DNA of 64,000 nucleotides from the human T2T-CHM13v2.0 reference genome, Homo sapiens, in the NCBI RefSeq assembly GCF_009914755.1, contig NC_060940.1; one strand, written 5' to 3'. A program made the translations under genes and the position numbers. Each line of letters opens with the position of its first letter. Position 1 is the stretch's first letter. Below the pieces are notes generated by a model. It saw only the letters and a program-made list of their open reading frames with translations. It was not told the DNA's origin and ran no database searches. This document shows positions 41,861-64,000 of this stretch, piece after piece.

Positions 41861-41931
41861 CCAGCTCATTCCCACCGCCCCTCCCTGGGCCCCAAAGCCC
41901 ACATGGCCTCTCAGCCCCTGAAAGCTGAACT

Positions 41932-42066
41932 CCACATCAGCTCCCAGCCCCCACATCTCAACCCCTTCACTTCTTCAGGAATCACATACACACCCATACG
42001 CCACATCAGCTCCCAGCCCCCATATCTCAATTCCTTCACTTCTTCAGGAATCACATACACACCCAT
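41932..42066. repeat. 69-bp tandem duplication upstream of the DOK4 promoter
   Basis: CCACATCAGCTCCCAGCCCCCA(C/T)ATCTCAA(CC/TT)CCTTCACTTCTTCAGGAATCACATACACACCCAT starting at 41932 and again at 42001. Confidence 0.93.
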
Positions 42067-42465
42067 TGCTCCCCTAACCCCATCATGACTCTCTGGGCCC
42101 TCACAGCCCAGCTCTCCCAGCCCCACAGTGACCTCCTCTGCTACCCCTCCTCAAGTAGCCGCACCAGCACCTCTGTCTTCCCTGGTCTCCTCTCCACCCT
42201 CAAAACATCCAGTTCTCCCATTCTAGGTCCCCCTGAGACTTTGCCCTCAAGCTCAAACTTCATTCCCCTTCATTGCTGCCCCCACCCAGCCCCCAACCCC
42301 CTCACCTCTGCCCTTCGGGCCTGTGCAGTGGTTGACTCACTGATCTGTCGGAATCCCCAGTCACAGGCCTCAGCTGTGCCAGGCAGGGACAAGAGAAGTT
42401 GCCCAGTGCCTCCTCTGGGGAGGAGCTGTCCCCCCTCTGGTTTTCACGTCTGTACCTTTTTACAC

Positions 42466-42648
42466 CAGGGCTTCTCAAAGTGTAGTCCCTGGACCAGAAG
42501 CTTCCCATCACCTTGAAACTTGTTAGAAATGCAAATTCCCTGCCCTACTCAGACCTATGAAATCAGAATTTTTGGGGGTTTCCAGCAGAAATGTGTGTTT
42601 TAACAGGCCAGGTGATTCTGATGCACACGAATGTGTGAGAACCACTGC
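42466..42648. mobile_element. MER5A (hAT-Charlie) MITE; similar copies near 1860-1980, 14437-14600 and 20890-21070
   Basis: CAGGGCTTCTCAAAGTGT...TTGTTAGAAATGCAAATT...GGTGATTCTGATGCAC...TGAGAACCACTG. Confidence 0.75.
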
Positions 42649-43419
42649 TTTAGACCATATATACAAAACAAAACAATAGGCCACCTGAACAGCCAAAATC
42701 CTGAGAAATGAAAATACCTCCACATCCAGCTACTGTCCAGGTGTCTCAGAGGAATAGGCCTAAAGCAGTGAGGGACCAAGGATCCCAACACCCACCCATG
42801 GAATGCATGCCCCTGCCCCGGAGACGCCTGGGCCTCAGCCTTGCCCAGGGAGCTTAAAAGGAGGCTGCCTCTGGATGTCTGAAAATTTCCCTGATGGTCA
42901 TTGTGGTGTCTGTGATCAGCCTGAGCTAACCAGCCCCAGGCCCATGGCCAAGCTAGCCTGGGCCTCAACCTCCTGACCTCCCTATGCGTCTTTCAAACTT
43001 GACCTCACCTGCTTTGCTTCAAACCACAGCCCCTAAAGCTCCCAGCACTTGATTCATCATAGCAAACTGTTTTTCAACACCAGAAACCTCTAGGGGAGCT
43101 TTGGCCAACAACAACAACACAAATGAATTTTCACAATAAAAAGCCTTCTTTTTTTGTTACTGAGGCTGGAGTGCAGTGGTGTGATCTCAGCTCACTGCAA
43201 CCTCTGCCTCGGGGCTTAAGTGATCCTCCCTGCTCAGGCTCCTCAGTAGCTGGGTCTACAGGTGTGCACCACCACGCCTAGCTAATTTTTTGGATTTTTT
43301 TGTAGAGACAGGGTTTCACCATGCTGCCCAGGCTGGTCACAAACTCCTGAGCTCAAGCAATCCACCTGCTTCGGCCTCCCAAGGTGCTGGGATTACAGGC
43401 ATGAGCCACTGCACCCCAT

Positions 43420-50760
<7,341 letters not shown>

Positions 50761-50862
50761 ACCAACTCACTTAAAAAAATAAAGAAATAAGCACCAGCTC
50801 TGCTCTGCCCTTGAACTAGGCAATAAGCAATAATATCCATTAAATCACAGGTCCGATGGTGC

Positions 50863-50867
<5 letters not shown>

Positions 50868-50903
<36 letters not shown>
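50868..50903. repeat. (TG)n microsatellite
   Basis: About 18 TG units. Confidence 0.9.
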
Positions 50904-50908
<5 letters not shown>

Positions 50909-51175
50909 ATATGTATAAATAGTTTTGTTGAAGTATACGACATGCAGTAAACTTCACGTATTTAAAATGTACAATCTGATGAATTTTGACATAGTTATAC
51001 ACACAGGAAACTAAGAACACAATCAAGTTAGTGCATATATCTATCATTTTATAGTATTTTTCTTCCTTACAATCCTTCTTTGTCATTTCCCTGCCCCGTC
51101 AGTCCCCAGGCAACCATTGATTTACCTTCAATCACTATCTATTAGCTTACATGTCTATTTATTTATTACATATAG

Positions 51176-51476
<301 letters not shown>

Positions 51477-53646
51477 TAATTTAATAGATGTATACATACA
51501 TTGGAATATGGCTCAGCAATAAGAGGAACGAACTACTGCAACAACATAGATGAATCTCAAAATAATTACACTGAGTAAGAGTGAAGGAAGCCAGACAAGT
51601 ACATTCTGTATGATTCCATACACACACGTGTGCACACACACACAGAGACACACACACATATGCATACACACAATGCATATGATATGTATCACAATACAGC
51701 ATATACAATATATACATCCATCACATATCAAAATCTGAAACTGTTTCATTCATGTGTTACCTGGAATCGAGTATTTGCAATCTATTACTATGAACAATCT
51801 TCCCAAGGTCCAGTTTCCAAATCTGACCTTAGAAGTTGCACCCTGTAGGTGTTCATGCCACCCTTGGGTGTGGGCAGGGCCGGGGGTTGTGGACACTGTG
51901 GAAGACCAAGAATTGATTAAGTGGAGACTGAAGGGTGTGTCTCAGCTGCAACCTGATGTTCCTCTGGTTGTGAGGCCATTGGCAAGTGCTTCTCCTTCCT
52001 GGAACCTCAGGGCCCCCAGTCATGAGTGGGGCTGGGTATGGTGGCTCACACCTGTAATCCCAGTACTTTGGGAGGCTGAGGCTGGAGGATCACTTGAGGC
52101 CAGGAGTTTGAGAACAGCCTGGGAAACAGAACGAGATCCTCATCTCTAAAAAAAAAATTGTTAAATATTAGCCAGGTGTGGTGGTGCATGCCTGTAGTTC
52201 TAGATACTCAGGAGGCTGAGGCAGGAGGATCACTTGAGCCCAGGAGTTGGGGGCTGCAGTGAGCTATGACAGTGACACTGCACTCTGTCTGGGTGACAGA
52301 GCAAGACCCTGTCTCAAAAAAATAAATTAAATCCTTGATGGGACCCAGGGCTGCACTGAAATTTATAGATGACGGTCTCCGCTCCACCCCCCGGCACTGC
52401 CTAGGAGAGGTTAAATGAGGATGGTGTGACTGGGCACACCCCTCTAGCTCATGGCCAGGGGCCTCAGCCTGTTTCAGTCCAGCATTGATGCTGGGCCTGA
52501 GGCCAGGAGGGGCTGGGGGCAGCACGCTGGTCCCAGCTGTGTTTGCTTTATTAGATCCTTTGGGCCCGAGCCTGCAGAGCCGAAAGGCCGCCGTCACTGT
52601 CGTGGGGGGTTGGCAGTCCATTCAGCCCCAAACGACCCTCACCAGGGCCCCTCAGCCCCACCCGGCCGATGGATTTTATTGTCTTACATTTTCATTCCTC
52701 GGCCACACTCTTTCTAGGTGGGAAGACTGGCTTTACTCCTCACCTGAGCATTATTGGGGCTTTTGGTGGCTCTGGGTGCTGGCTTTTGCCCCAATTTGTC
52801 TGGGAGGAAATGGGCTTGAGCAGCCACAAAGGAGAGAGATGGAGAGATGGCAGGACCAAGCTGGATGCTCTCCTGGGCGGTATCTGGTGAAGCCTGGGGT
52901 TGTGATGGCAGCCTTCCCTCGTCCGGGAGGGAACACCAAGGCCCTGGTAATCATGACCTCCAGTCAGAATGTGATGCTGAGGGAAACTGAGGCAATTGAG
53001 TAAGGGGCAGTGAATGAGGTGGACTCAGTTCTGCACTTCTGTTTCCCCCTGGAAATGGGGGTGGGTGAACCTCACACGGCCTGCCCAAGAGGCTGTGCTG
53101 TAAAGGACGAGAAGATTCCAGGCAGAGAAGGGTGGTGCTAAAGTACATACGTTCTAGAGCCAAACCACACTGTCCGAGCCCTGGTTCCACACTTGGGCAA
53201 CTCACCTCACCTCTCTGTGCCTCAGCTTTGCCATCTGTATTGTGGGGCTCCGACATGTGGGGATGTGATTGCACCTCCTTTACCCACCCACCCACCCACC
53301 CACCATGGGCTGTTTTGGGGGTGGTGTGGGGCAGTGTTCTGTGAGGGGTTACATGCTGGACTCTGATTACCTCCTGGGCACAGATGGTAGCCCACGCCTC
53401 AGGGCCTAACCCAGGCATCTACTGGGAGAGGGTGGGAAGGAGGAGGCGTCCCTGGCAATCTACACTGAGAATGGAGGCAGGGAAGGGTCTGGGGCCAATC
53501 CCAGCTCCACCTTGGGTCCTTTCACCATTGAGAGCCTCAATTTCCTCCTCTAGAAATGAGAACACTAAGAGTTCAGTGAAATAAGACCTGTGGAAGCAAC
53601 CACCTGGTTCATGGAATGGAGGGAGGCCTGTCGTCACAAGTACTGA

Positions 53647-53888
<242 letters not shown>

Positions 53889-54886
53889 TGATTGCAGTGG
53901 TACGATCATGGCTCACTGCAACCTCGAATTCCTGGGCTCCAGCGATCCTCCTGCCTCAGCCTTCTGAGTAGCTGGGACTACAGATGTGCGCCACCATGCC
54001 TGCTTGACTAATTTTCATATTTTTTGTAGAAACAGGGTTCTATGTTGCCCAGGCTGGCCTCAAGCAGTCCTCCAGCCTTAGCCTCCCAAAGTGCTGGGAT
54101 TACAGGTGTGAACCACTACACCCAGCCAACCACTGTTTTAATCATCTTCTCTGGGCCTTAGCCCCGCAAACCTGAAGTTTTCACCCAGGAAAGGCAAAGC
54201 CCTTCTGTGGCGTGACTTTTCCATGCCCTTGACCTCCAACCATGTTTATACCGTACACGAAAGTTTTCAGGGAATTTTTGCCCACGCTATAAAATCATTT
54301 CCCAGGCCCGGCCATTCTAGCTACTCTGTGATTTTTGCCAGATTCAAGCATCTCCTCTACTATTATTTGCTCAAGACCTTTCTTTAAATCACCTCACATT
54401 TTTCTATTTGCCTCAAGAACAAACTGTATAAATAAAATACCTTGAAAATAAGACAAGCACATTCAACCGGGGCTGGCAAACAATGCCTGCCTGGAAAGCT
54501 GTAAGGCTTTTGTTAAAAGGCGTTCAGCACATGTCAGAGAGAGGACAAACCCATGCTACCACCTGTCTGAGGCGTTCCCCTTGACAATAGTCAGAGAAGG
54601 AAAAGAAACACGAATAGGGAATTGCTTTCTCATAGTTCAGCCCAGTGTTGGTTAAGGCCATTTAGTGGAGTGTGGCTCAAATCACTGTATATATCACCAT
54701 GGTGTGCTCCACACCTGGGGAGTCACCTTACTAGCCTATTGAACCTCACGGAAACAATCTTCATTTCACAGGTAGAGAAACTGAGGCCCAGGAAGTAGAA
54801 GAATCTGTCCAAGATGATGCAGTCATGCCAGGACTTGAACTAGTGACTCTGGAGACTCTGTTGCTTGGGGCCTTGGCATAACCTAG

Positions 54887-55384
<498 letters not shown>

Positions 55385-57018
55385 TGAATTCTTTTCAAAT
55401 GACATTGGTGAGAGGCTGGTGTCTTCGAGAGCTACACGGGAGCACTGAGAGCTGGCCCCTCTGTCCAGTTAAGATGAGGCCTTGGCCAGGTGCTGTGGCT
55501 CATGCCTGTAATCCCAGCACTTTGGGAGATTGAGGTGGGAGGATTGCTTGAGCACAGGAGTTCAAGACCAGACTGGACAACAAAGCGAAACCCTGTCTCT
55601 ACAAAAAATAATAATAATAAAAATTAGTTGGGCACGGTGGCGCATGCCTGTGGTACCAGCTACTCAGGAGGCTGTGGTGGGAGGATCACTTGAGCCCGGG
55701 AGGTCGAGGCTGCAGTGAGCCATGACTGTGTCACTGCACTTCAGCCTGGGTGACAGAGTGAGAACTTATCTCAAAAAAAAAAAAAAAAAAAAAAAAAAGA
55801 AGAGATGAGGCCTCTTCCTGTCTCCCTCCCCGACTCGACAGTGACACAAACCAGCCTCCCCAGGAACCTTCACATCAAAGTGGACTGACCAGGAGGGGCG
55901 TGGAGAGGAAGGAGACAGGGGCCCCCTAGCTCCTTTAGCTTCCTCCTGAGGAGGCTGGGCGAGGGGCGATTTCTGATGGGCTCAGAGAGCAGCTCACAGG
56001 AAGGAGGCTTGGGACATCATTCCAGCCCCACCTCCCCGCACAGGGTTCTCCCTGGACTGCCTTCCTGAGCACATGCGTGAGATGCTAATAGCAGGTCTGA
56101 CAAGCTGCTCCCTGGACAGGCAGCAGCGAAGGGAGGCCAAGTGCTTGGGCCAGCCTCCTCTCCCTCCCTGATTCATTGATCCACTCAGCAAACATCTGAG
56201 CACCTACTCTGTGCCAGGCACTGGGCACTGGGGACACAGTGTTCCACAGGAAGAGTCCATGGCCTTGAGGAGTTCACGGTGTAGTGCAAGTGACCAGCAA
56301 GTGCAACTGTGAGAAGGGCAGAGGGAGTGGAAACAGCTATAGGGTGCTAGAAGAGATACGGGGGCCAGGCACAGTGGCTCATGCCAACACTTTGGGAGGT
56401 CAAGGTGGGAAGATCACTTGAGGCTGTGAGTTCGAGACCAGCCTGGGCAACATAATGAGACCCAGTCTGTACAAGGAAATATAAAAAAACTAACCAGGCA
56501 TGGTGGCATGTGCTTGTAGCCCCAGCTACTTGGTAGGCTGAGGCAGGAAAATCACTTGAGCCCAGGAAGTCAAGGCTGCAGTGAGTCAAGATCATGCTAC
56601 TGCACTCCACCCTGGGCAACAGAGAGAGACCCTATCTCTAAACACAAAAAACAAAAGACAGAGATACAGGGAGACCTGATTTGTCTGGGAAGGCTTCCTA
56701 AGGAAGGGACCCTTAAGGTGAAAGTGAAAGGATTAGTTAACTTGGTGAAGAAGAGAGGGAGAGTGTTCTGGGTAGAGGGAACTGCACGTGTAAAGGCCCC
56801 TTGGCAGAAGAGACCCTGGCCTGGAGATGGGCTTGGGAGGAGGCCAGGGTGGCTGAGTGCAGTGAGGAGGGGAAGTGCGTGCTTGGAGAGGCCAGACACA
56901 GGGTCTTGAAGGCCAGTCCCAGGGTTCCAGCTCTATCTTAAGAGTAACAGGGAGCCAGTCAAGGGTTTTACACGAAGCAGGAGATAAGATCCAATTGACT
57001 TTTTTTTTTTTTTTTTAA

Positions 57019-57335
<317 letters not shown>

Positions 57336-58445
57336 TAGAGAGCATATGGAGGGGGCCTAGTGGAACTGGGGGAGCAAGACAGGAAGCAAGAGCAAGTCTC
57401 GAAGGAGAGAGGTGGTGAGTAGTGAGAGGGTTGGTGGCTCTGAAGAGGTCTGAGAGATCTTCAGAATGGCAAGTGTCCCTGACTCCTTGGTGATTGGCTA
57501 CTGGAAGCCAGGACACTCAAGGATAAGAAGGAAGAAAAACAATGACCCTGAGACGAACACTATGGTCTCAGTGCCTCCACAGATATAGACAGAAAACCAA
57601 GCCCACGTTGGATGCTTTTTTCCAAAACTGATTTTTCACTCACTCCCTCTTCTTTCGCAGGAAAAGGTGAATTTTACCAACAGTCTCCGACATACCCCTG
57701 GAGAAACACACTGTCATTTATTTAACCAGTACCTGACTGCGGCCATTTAGCTGTCTCTATTTTTGCTTTTGTAAACAATGCCACAATGAGCACTCGTGTG
57801 GCTAAATATTTGCGCCTGCACTTACAGATGATGTGTGCTTACAGACTTCCTTAGGAGAGATTTCTCAAAGTGAACTGTTTCAGCTGCATTTTGCCAGCCT
57901 GCCCTGTTCCCATCTGAGGGTGGGCATCGATGGAGGAAATCTTCTGATGCCCATAAGGTCAAAGCTGTCTTACCTTTAATATTCAGTACCTGAAAAAAAA
58001 AAAAACCCTTCCAAGACCAATATGTTGACCAAAGGCTACTAGGAATTCCCCAGATGATTCAAATTAATTTGTTCCTCCTCTGCTATGAGGACTCCAAACT
58101 TCCACTTGACAAGAGTCACAATTGTTTGGGTGAAACATTATTTGCTCAGTCCACAGATGAGACTTGCTGAACATATGGGTTTGGGGACCCCCCTGCCATA
58201 CCCTTAAGTCCCCTCCCCAGGGTCTGAGACTTAGCGATGCGTGGAGAAGTCATTCCCCACAAACTTGCGCATCCCCTGAAGGGCATCTGCACTGAGCAGC
58301 TGGGAGGACCTGGGTAAGGTGAAGACGGAAGGTGTGGGGATTAGGTCAACCCTCTGCAGGGACAGTCCATGGCCTAAAGGTATAGGCATTACCCTGGGGA
58401 TGCACCTTGCGGCCATTTCCTGAAGCAGCATTGTCCTGTGGCAGC

Positions 58446-58621
58446 AAGACTGGCCACATCATTTTTGGGGCCCAGTACAAAAAGAATATGTGCCCTGCCG
58501 ACAAATTATTAATAAATTGCCGAGGGGTGACAATAGAGCATTAAACCAAGCCCTGGGCCCTCGGAAGTGTAGGGCCCAAAGTGACAGCACAGGCTGCCCG
58601 CACAACCGTGAAGCTGGCCTT
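58446..58621 (-). mobile_element. MER45A-like (hAT-Tip100) DNA element
   Basis: AGAGCATTAAACCAAG and GGGGCCCAGT(A)CAAAA motifs plus terminal GCTGGCC match the recalled MER45A consensus in reverse. Confidence 0.65.
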
Positions 58622-59788
58622 CTTGGCAAGTCTCTTCCTCCCAGAAAAGAGGTCTTGCAGGCGTGGAGCAGCAGAGAGGAGGTAAGCGTGGGAGGCCAGC
58701 TCGGGGAGCAGCCCAGCCCAGCCATGGCTCACTGCCGGGTAGCCGGAGAGCCTCTGGGGCCTCCTTGAGGCTGCCTGTCAGGCTGATGGAGTGGATAGAT
58801 GCGGTAGAAGCAGATGGGGCCGGTGACCTGGCAGACAGGTGCGCGCATAACACCTCTGCAGCCACAAAGCCGTGCAAGCCCAGCATGTGGGAGGGACTGG
58901 CGTGGCAAGGATTTGCTGCCTGCGGAGCGGGAGAAGAAAGCTGAGATTAACAACAGTGAGAGCAACAGAAGCTCTTCCTGCACACTCATGGGTGCCAGGT
59001 GCTGTGCTTGGCCTGAAGAGCCATCCCTTGAGACTGGAGCCACTGTTACCCCCACTGAGGCCCAGAGGGGAGAAGTGGCAGCATCTAGAAATCCTGAGTC
59101 CTCTTCTCTGTTCTTCCTTGTCCACCTCCAGCCCTGTCCTGCAAGGGACCAATGCCTGGAGTGGATGGGGAACTGGCCACCAGTGGCAAGGGAGAAACCC
59201 AGGAGTCCCACCTCCCAGAATGGGGCTTTGCCTCGATGTTGGGGGACCTGTTGCCCCAGTCCCTTGTTGAGCCTCCACCTTCTCCTCCCTTTACGAAGCC
59301 TGTCCCTTGGGACTGAGGGCAGAGGGGTGTGTGTGTGTGTGTGTGTGTATGTGTGTGTGTGTCCTGGATGCATAGGAGCTTCCCCTCCTTCCTCAAGGGA
59401 GTCAGCCCCCCCACTGCCAGGACCCACAGCCAAGGCCAGCTCCATGGCCAGACCCCAGATGTTCCTTCCTGGCGCCTCTGTTACTGTTTTTGAATCAGCC
59501 GTGCGGTAGCCCCTCCACCCTATCTGGGTTTGATCGTCCATAAAAAAATTAATGGTCCCTGCAAATAAAGAAGCACAACAACAGAGGAAGGCTTTTTAGA
59601 CAATCAATTAAAAGCCTAGGAGAGGGATTATCTCATTGAAATATCAATTTTTAATAGCACTGCATCTTTGAATTTCCTCTCAAAAAACTTTGCACAGTGC
59701 ATTTGCCTGACTTGGTTTCTCTCTCCAGCTCTTGCTGCCTTCGAGTGCCCAGAGCAGGGGCCTGAGAGGAAGCATGGGAGGTTATCCA

Positions 59789-59827
59789 ACCATCCATTCA
59801 TCCATCCATCCATCCATCCATCCATCC
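59789..59827. repeat. (CCAT)n simple repeat at an L2 3' end
   Basis: CCAT tandem followed by an L2-like ATGCTTAATGAGC..TATGTGGCAGGCA. Confidence 0.75.
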
Positions 59828-61212
59828 AATGCTTAATGAGCTCCAGCTATGTGGCAGGCATAGGTGGTGGGGGCACCAAGGTGAGCAAAAAGGAGGAACT
59901 CGCCGGCCGGCAAGGTCACGGGAGGGCAGCACCAGCCAGGTGAAAACATTGGCAATGAGGAAAGTGAAGCCATCTGGAAAAATCAATGTCAAGGGACTGA
60001 AATGCAGGTTAATAGGGGCACAGGAGAGGGTGTATCCTTTTAGCTAGAGGAGTCAGGGAAGCCCTTACCACTTCCTTGCCCTTGGGAAATGACCTTTAAC
60101 TTTTTTTTTTTTTTTTTTTGAGACAGAGTCTCACTCCGCACCCAGGCTGGAATGCAGTGGCACGATCTCCGCTCACTGCAGCCTCCACCTCCCAGATCAA
60201 GTGATTCTCCTGCCTAGTAGCTAGGTTTACAGGTGTGCATCACCATGCTCGGCTAATTTTTGTATTTTTAGTAGAGATGGGGTTTTGCCATGTTGGCCAG
60301 GCTGGTCTCGAACTGCTGACCTCAAGTGATCCACCGCCTCGGCCTCCCAAAGTGCTGGGATTACAGGTGTGAGCCACTGCACTCGGCCTGGAAGTGACCT
60401 TTAAAATGAGACTGGAAGGATATGAAGGAGGGAAAGGTGGTTCTAGGCAGGAGGAACAGCCCGGCTGGAGGCCCCGAGGCAGGAGTGGGATTGGGGTGTT
60501 GGAGGAGTGGAAAGGAGGCCAGTGGACTGGCATATAGTCAGGGAGGGGGTGCTGTGGGGAGATGAAGCTGTGAAAAGAGACACCATCCAGACCTCAGGGC
60601 CCCGGGAGGCCCAGGAAGAGGTGTGTGTTATATTTAGGGTGTGCCATGGGCAGCAGATGCAGTGGGGTTACTAGCCCTGGTTCGAGCCCTGCCTCTTAGT
60701 TGCTCTGAGACCCTGGGAAGCTGCTGAAGATCTCAACCTCGGTTTTCTCACCTGTAAGATAATTAATTATTATCCCCTTACAGGGGATAATTGTCATCAC
60801 TTTACCGGGCTGTCAGGAGCATCAAAAGAAATAACGAAGTCAGCCTGTTTAGCCTGGCACCTCTTTTTTCTCTCTGCCCCTACCTTTCTTAGATTGGCAG
60901 CTTCTTCAGTTTACACTTCAGGGATTGGGGGACCAGATAAGCTTCATCTGATAAAGGATTTCTACCAGACTGATTCCTACAGGATTTTGTTATACACCTG
61001 AGTCCAGTTTATCAGCCATCAGGGTGGGGATGGTGGGGACGGTGGTGGTCCAGGGACAGACAAAGGTGTCACTGCTCTCTAAGCATCGCCACTTCCCATC
61101 CCCATCCTATCCTGGAATTGAGATAGCTCAGCATTAAGATGCCTAGGCGGGCCAGTAGCGGTGGCTCATGCCTGTAATCCCAGCACTTTGGGAGGCCGAA
61201 GCGGGTGGATCA

Positions 61213-61809
<597 letters not shown>

Positions 61810-64000
61810 TTACGCTCTCTGAATTTATGATAATGAAGGGGTCATTATTTCCTTAACTACGAAAAAAAATAAAAAGAATGGGTGGGGGATAAAGGAGTGA
61901 TGGATTATGGCCCAATTAAGAGGATCTGGGGATTCTCAGGACACAGATGCTGGGTACCCTGGGACAAGCCACTTTGCTCTCTGGACCTCAGTTTACTCAT
62001 CTAGGTAATGAGATTCACAACTGCAACCCTTCTAAGTTAGGGGATCAGGTGAGGCTCTGGGTGAGAAAGGGCTTTGCACAATGATCTGAAGGGAGAGGGT
62101 TTGGTGACAGCTGTCAGCTCATCGCTGGCTCAGTGCTGTAGCTGCAAATGCCCAGCCTTTGGAGCTACCTTGGTTCGAATCCTGATCCTGCCACTTCCTG
62201 GCTGGGTCCTTCCCTCCTTGGGCCTCAGTTTTCTCATTTGCCATTTTTCACCTCCCAGGGGGTTATGAAGGTAAAAATTAAACAGCAAAATAGAGAAGGA
62301 GCATGAGCCCCGAATGACACTCTCCTTCCTTTCCTGGGGACACACTCAGGTTCCTGCAGGCAGGATTCCTGCCCTCAGAGCTCGGAGCTCAGGGTCCAGG
62401 GGTGGGCTGATGGAGCATGGTCCCAAATCCCTGTGTTCTCTGGCATGCAGTCAGACCAGGTCATTGGTGCCCAGGTCGCAAGGCAGGTGCAGTGGCATTG
62501 CTGGGGAAGGCAGTTGGGGAGGAGGAGAGGCCATAGCAAGGGGCCCATCTGGACTTTTCCCTAGAGTAACAGGGAGCTGAGCCCACTTGGAGAATGTGCT
62601 CAAGGGTGAGAGTCTGGGGCACCCCAGGAGCCAGGATGTGGCCAGCCCTGCTAGGCCTTCAGCAGGGGAGGGGAAGGCCAGGCTGCTCCTCTCTGACGTA
62701 GGGGAAGCCTGGGAAATGGGAAAGCCTCGGAGGAAGGCTTCACGCTTCCACCTTTTCAGGCCCCCTCCCTGGGATGGGGAGGGAGTCTGAGCACTCTGGA
62801 GACCACCCCCAGTGCAGCTGGGTCTGTGGGGCTTGAGGAAGACTGGGAGGCTTTCCAGGGGGGCCCTTCTCCATTGGGAGGCGCCTGCCTGGGGCCTGGG
62901 AGGCAGATGGCATCTTGCAACCCTGCAATTAGTAAAGTAGGCAGGGGAGCCGGTGGGGGTGGGGGTGGGAGGCGGCCGGCTGAGAGCTGCAGCTGGCTTC
63001 TGGATGCTGCCGCTGCCTCCAGCCCCGCTCCGCTGGCCCAGAAGGGCTGCCTGGAGTGGCTGGAGGGCCCCAGGAAGACAAGGCAGTGGGGGCTTGGGAG
63101 GAAATACAGGGCAGCAGGGAGAGTCAGAGAGGGAATAGAATGGCACAGTCAATGTCAGTGAAGGCGGGTTTGGACAGCCCATTTGTTCCTGTCCCCATTT
63201 GACAGATAGGGAAACCAAAGCTGGGAGAGAGGCAGGAGCTCACTGGAAGACACATAGCCAATCAGAGAGCAGGCTGGGGCCAGAAGCCAGGTTTGTCTGG
63301 AGGGCTGGAGTGCAGAGGGCTCACTGCTGGACATGGATTTCTAGGCAGGAACCCCTAGGGGCTGCCTGGTAGAGTCAGGCTGGACAAAATGGCCTTGGCT
63401 GGAGAGGAAGGACAGGCCCAGGGCCCCCAGCCCTCCCACTATGGGAGAGGAGGGGCTGGGTGGTGGGGTAGTGTCTGGCTCAGCTGGTTCTCCAGCCCGT
63501 CTGGGCACTCCAGCCTGTGAGGAGAGGCACTGACACTGCTGCCCCTGGGCTGCTGTGGCTTTCGGTACCTGGGCTTGGGGGACTTCCACGTCCCCCTCCA
63601 GGAGGAAGACTTAGCTGGGCAGCAGCAAGACCCTCCTAGGACTGGCCTGGCAGTTATTGCAGTGGAGCTGGGGGTGGGGTGGGGTTCTGGTTTCAGCTTC
63701 TACCATCCCACCCATCCGTCCTTCCTCCACCCATCCTTCCACGCATCCATCAAGCTTTCCCTCCTGCCTCCCCTCTAACACTTAAAGATGCCCACTAGGC
63801 CCAAGGCATGTGCTGGTTGCTAGAGGATTCTCTGTCCTCCAGGAGCAGCCAGGGGGGCAGAAGCAGCAGACACATAAACAGCCCCTCTAACACGCTAAGA
63901 ATGAGCCCAGTAGACCGAGTTCTGAAGGGCTGGTGGGACTTTGATGAGTGCAGGGCAGTACTCGGGGCAGTAAGGAGGTCGGCATGGCTGGAGCTGCAGC

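Noticed and set aside
41421-42088. Long Arg/Gly/Pro-rich ORFs on the + strand
   Set aside because: Stop-poor CpG island plus tandem duplication artefact.
58729-59541. Antiparallel 270-aa and 231-aa ORFs
   Set aside because: They run through a (TG)n repeat giving HTHT/VCVC, have low-complexity GC-rich composition and no protein homology I recognise.
62451-63218. 255-aa minus-strand ORF
   Set aside because: It begins in a MIR-derived phrase (VSLSVKWG) and is Pro/Ser-rich, as expected for a chance ORF in GC-rich DNA. No CCDC102A-like coiled-coil exon is visible.

Overview
Human genomic DNA. The protein sequences identify it as the chr16q21 CIAPIN1-COQ9-POLR2C-DOK4 locus. From left to right: (1) intron 1 and a probable non-coding first exon of CIAPIN1 (- strand, 1-~2630), sharing a very compact CpG-island bidirectional promoter with COQ9; (2) complete COQ9 (+, 9 coding exons, 2682-15801, 318 aa); (3) complete POLR2C/RPB3 (+, 9 exons, 17902-26296, 275 aa); (4) complete DOK4 (-, non-coding exon 1 at ~41515-41750, 8 coding exons 34717->28566, 326 aa), whose 3' end overlaps that of POLR2C; (5) ~22 kb of repeat-dense intergenic DNA (an old L1 shattered by Alus and a MER1A, plus L2, MIR, MER5 and MER45). 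I rebuilt all three CDSs by hand from GT-AG junctions, and they sum to full-length, stop-free ORFs (957, 828 and 981 nt). I found no evidence of a new gene or a novel biological system. The best second-look items are smaller: back-to-back poly(A) signals with a (TGGGGG)6 G-quadruplex between POLR2C and DOK4; a 250-bp templated duplication with a fold-back scar in COQ9 intron 3; exons that regenerate a 5' splice site after splicing (COQ9 exon 8, DOK4 last exon); an in-frame retainable DOK4 intron; and spliced uORFs in the DOK4 leader. Repeat family names come from memory of consensus sequences, and repeat boundaries are approximate.
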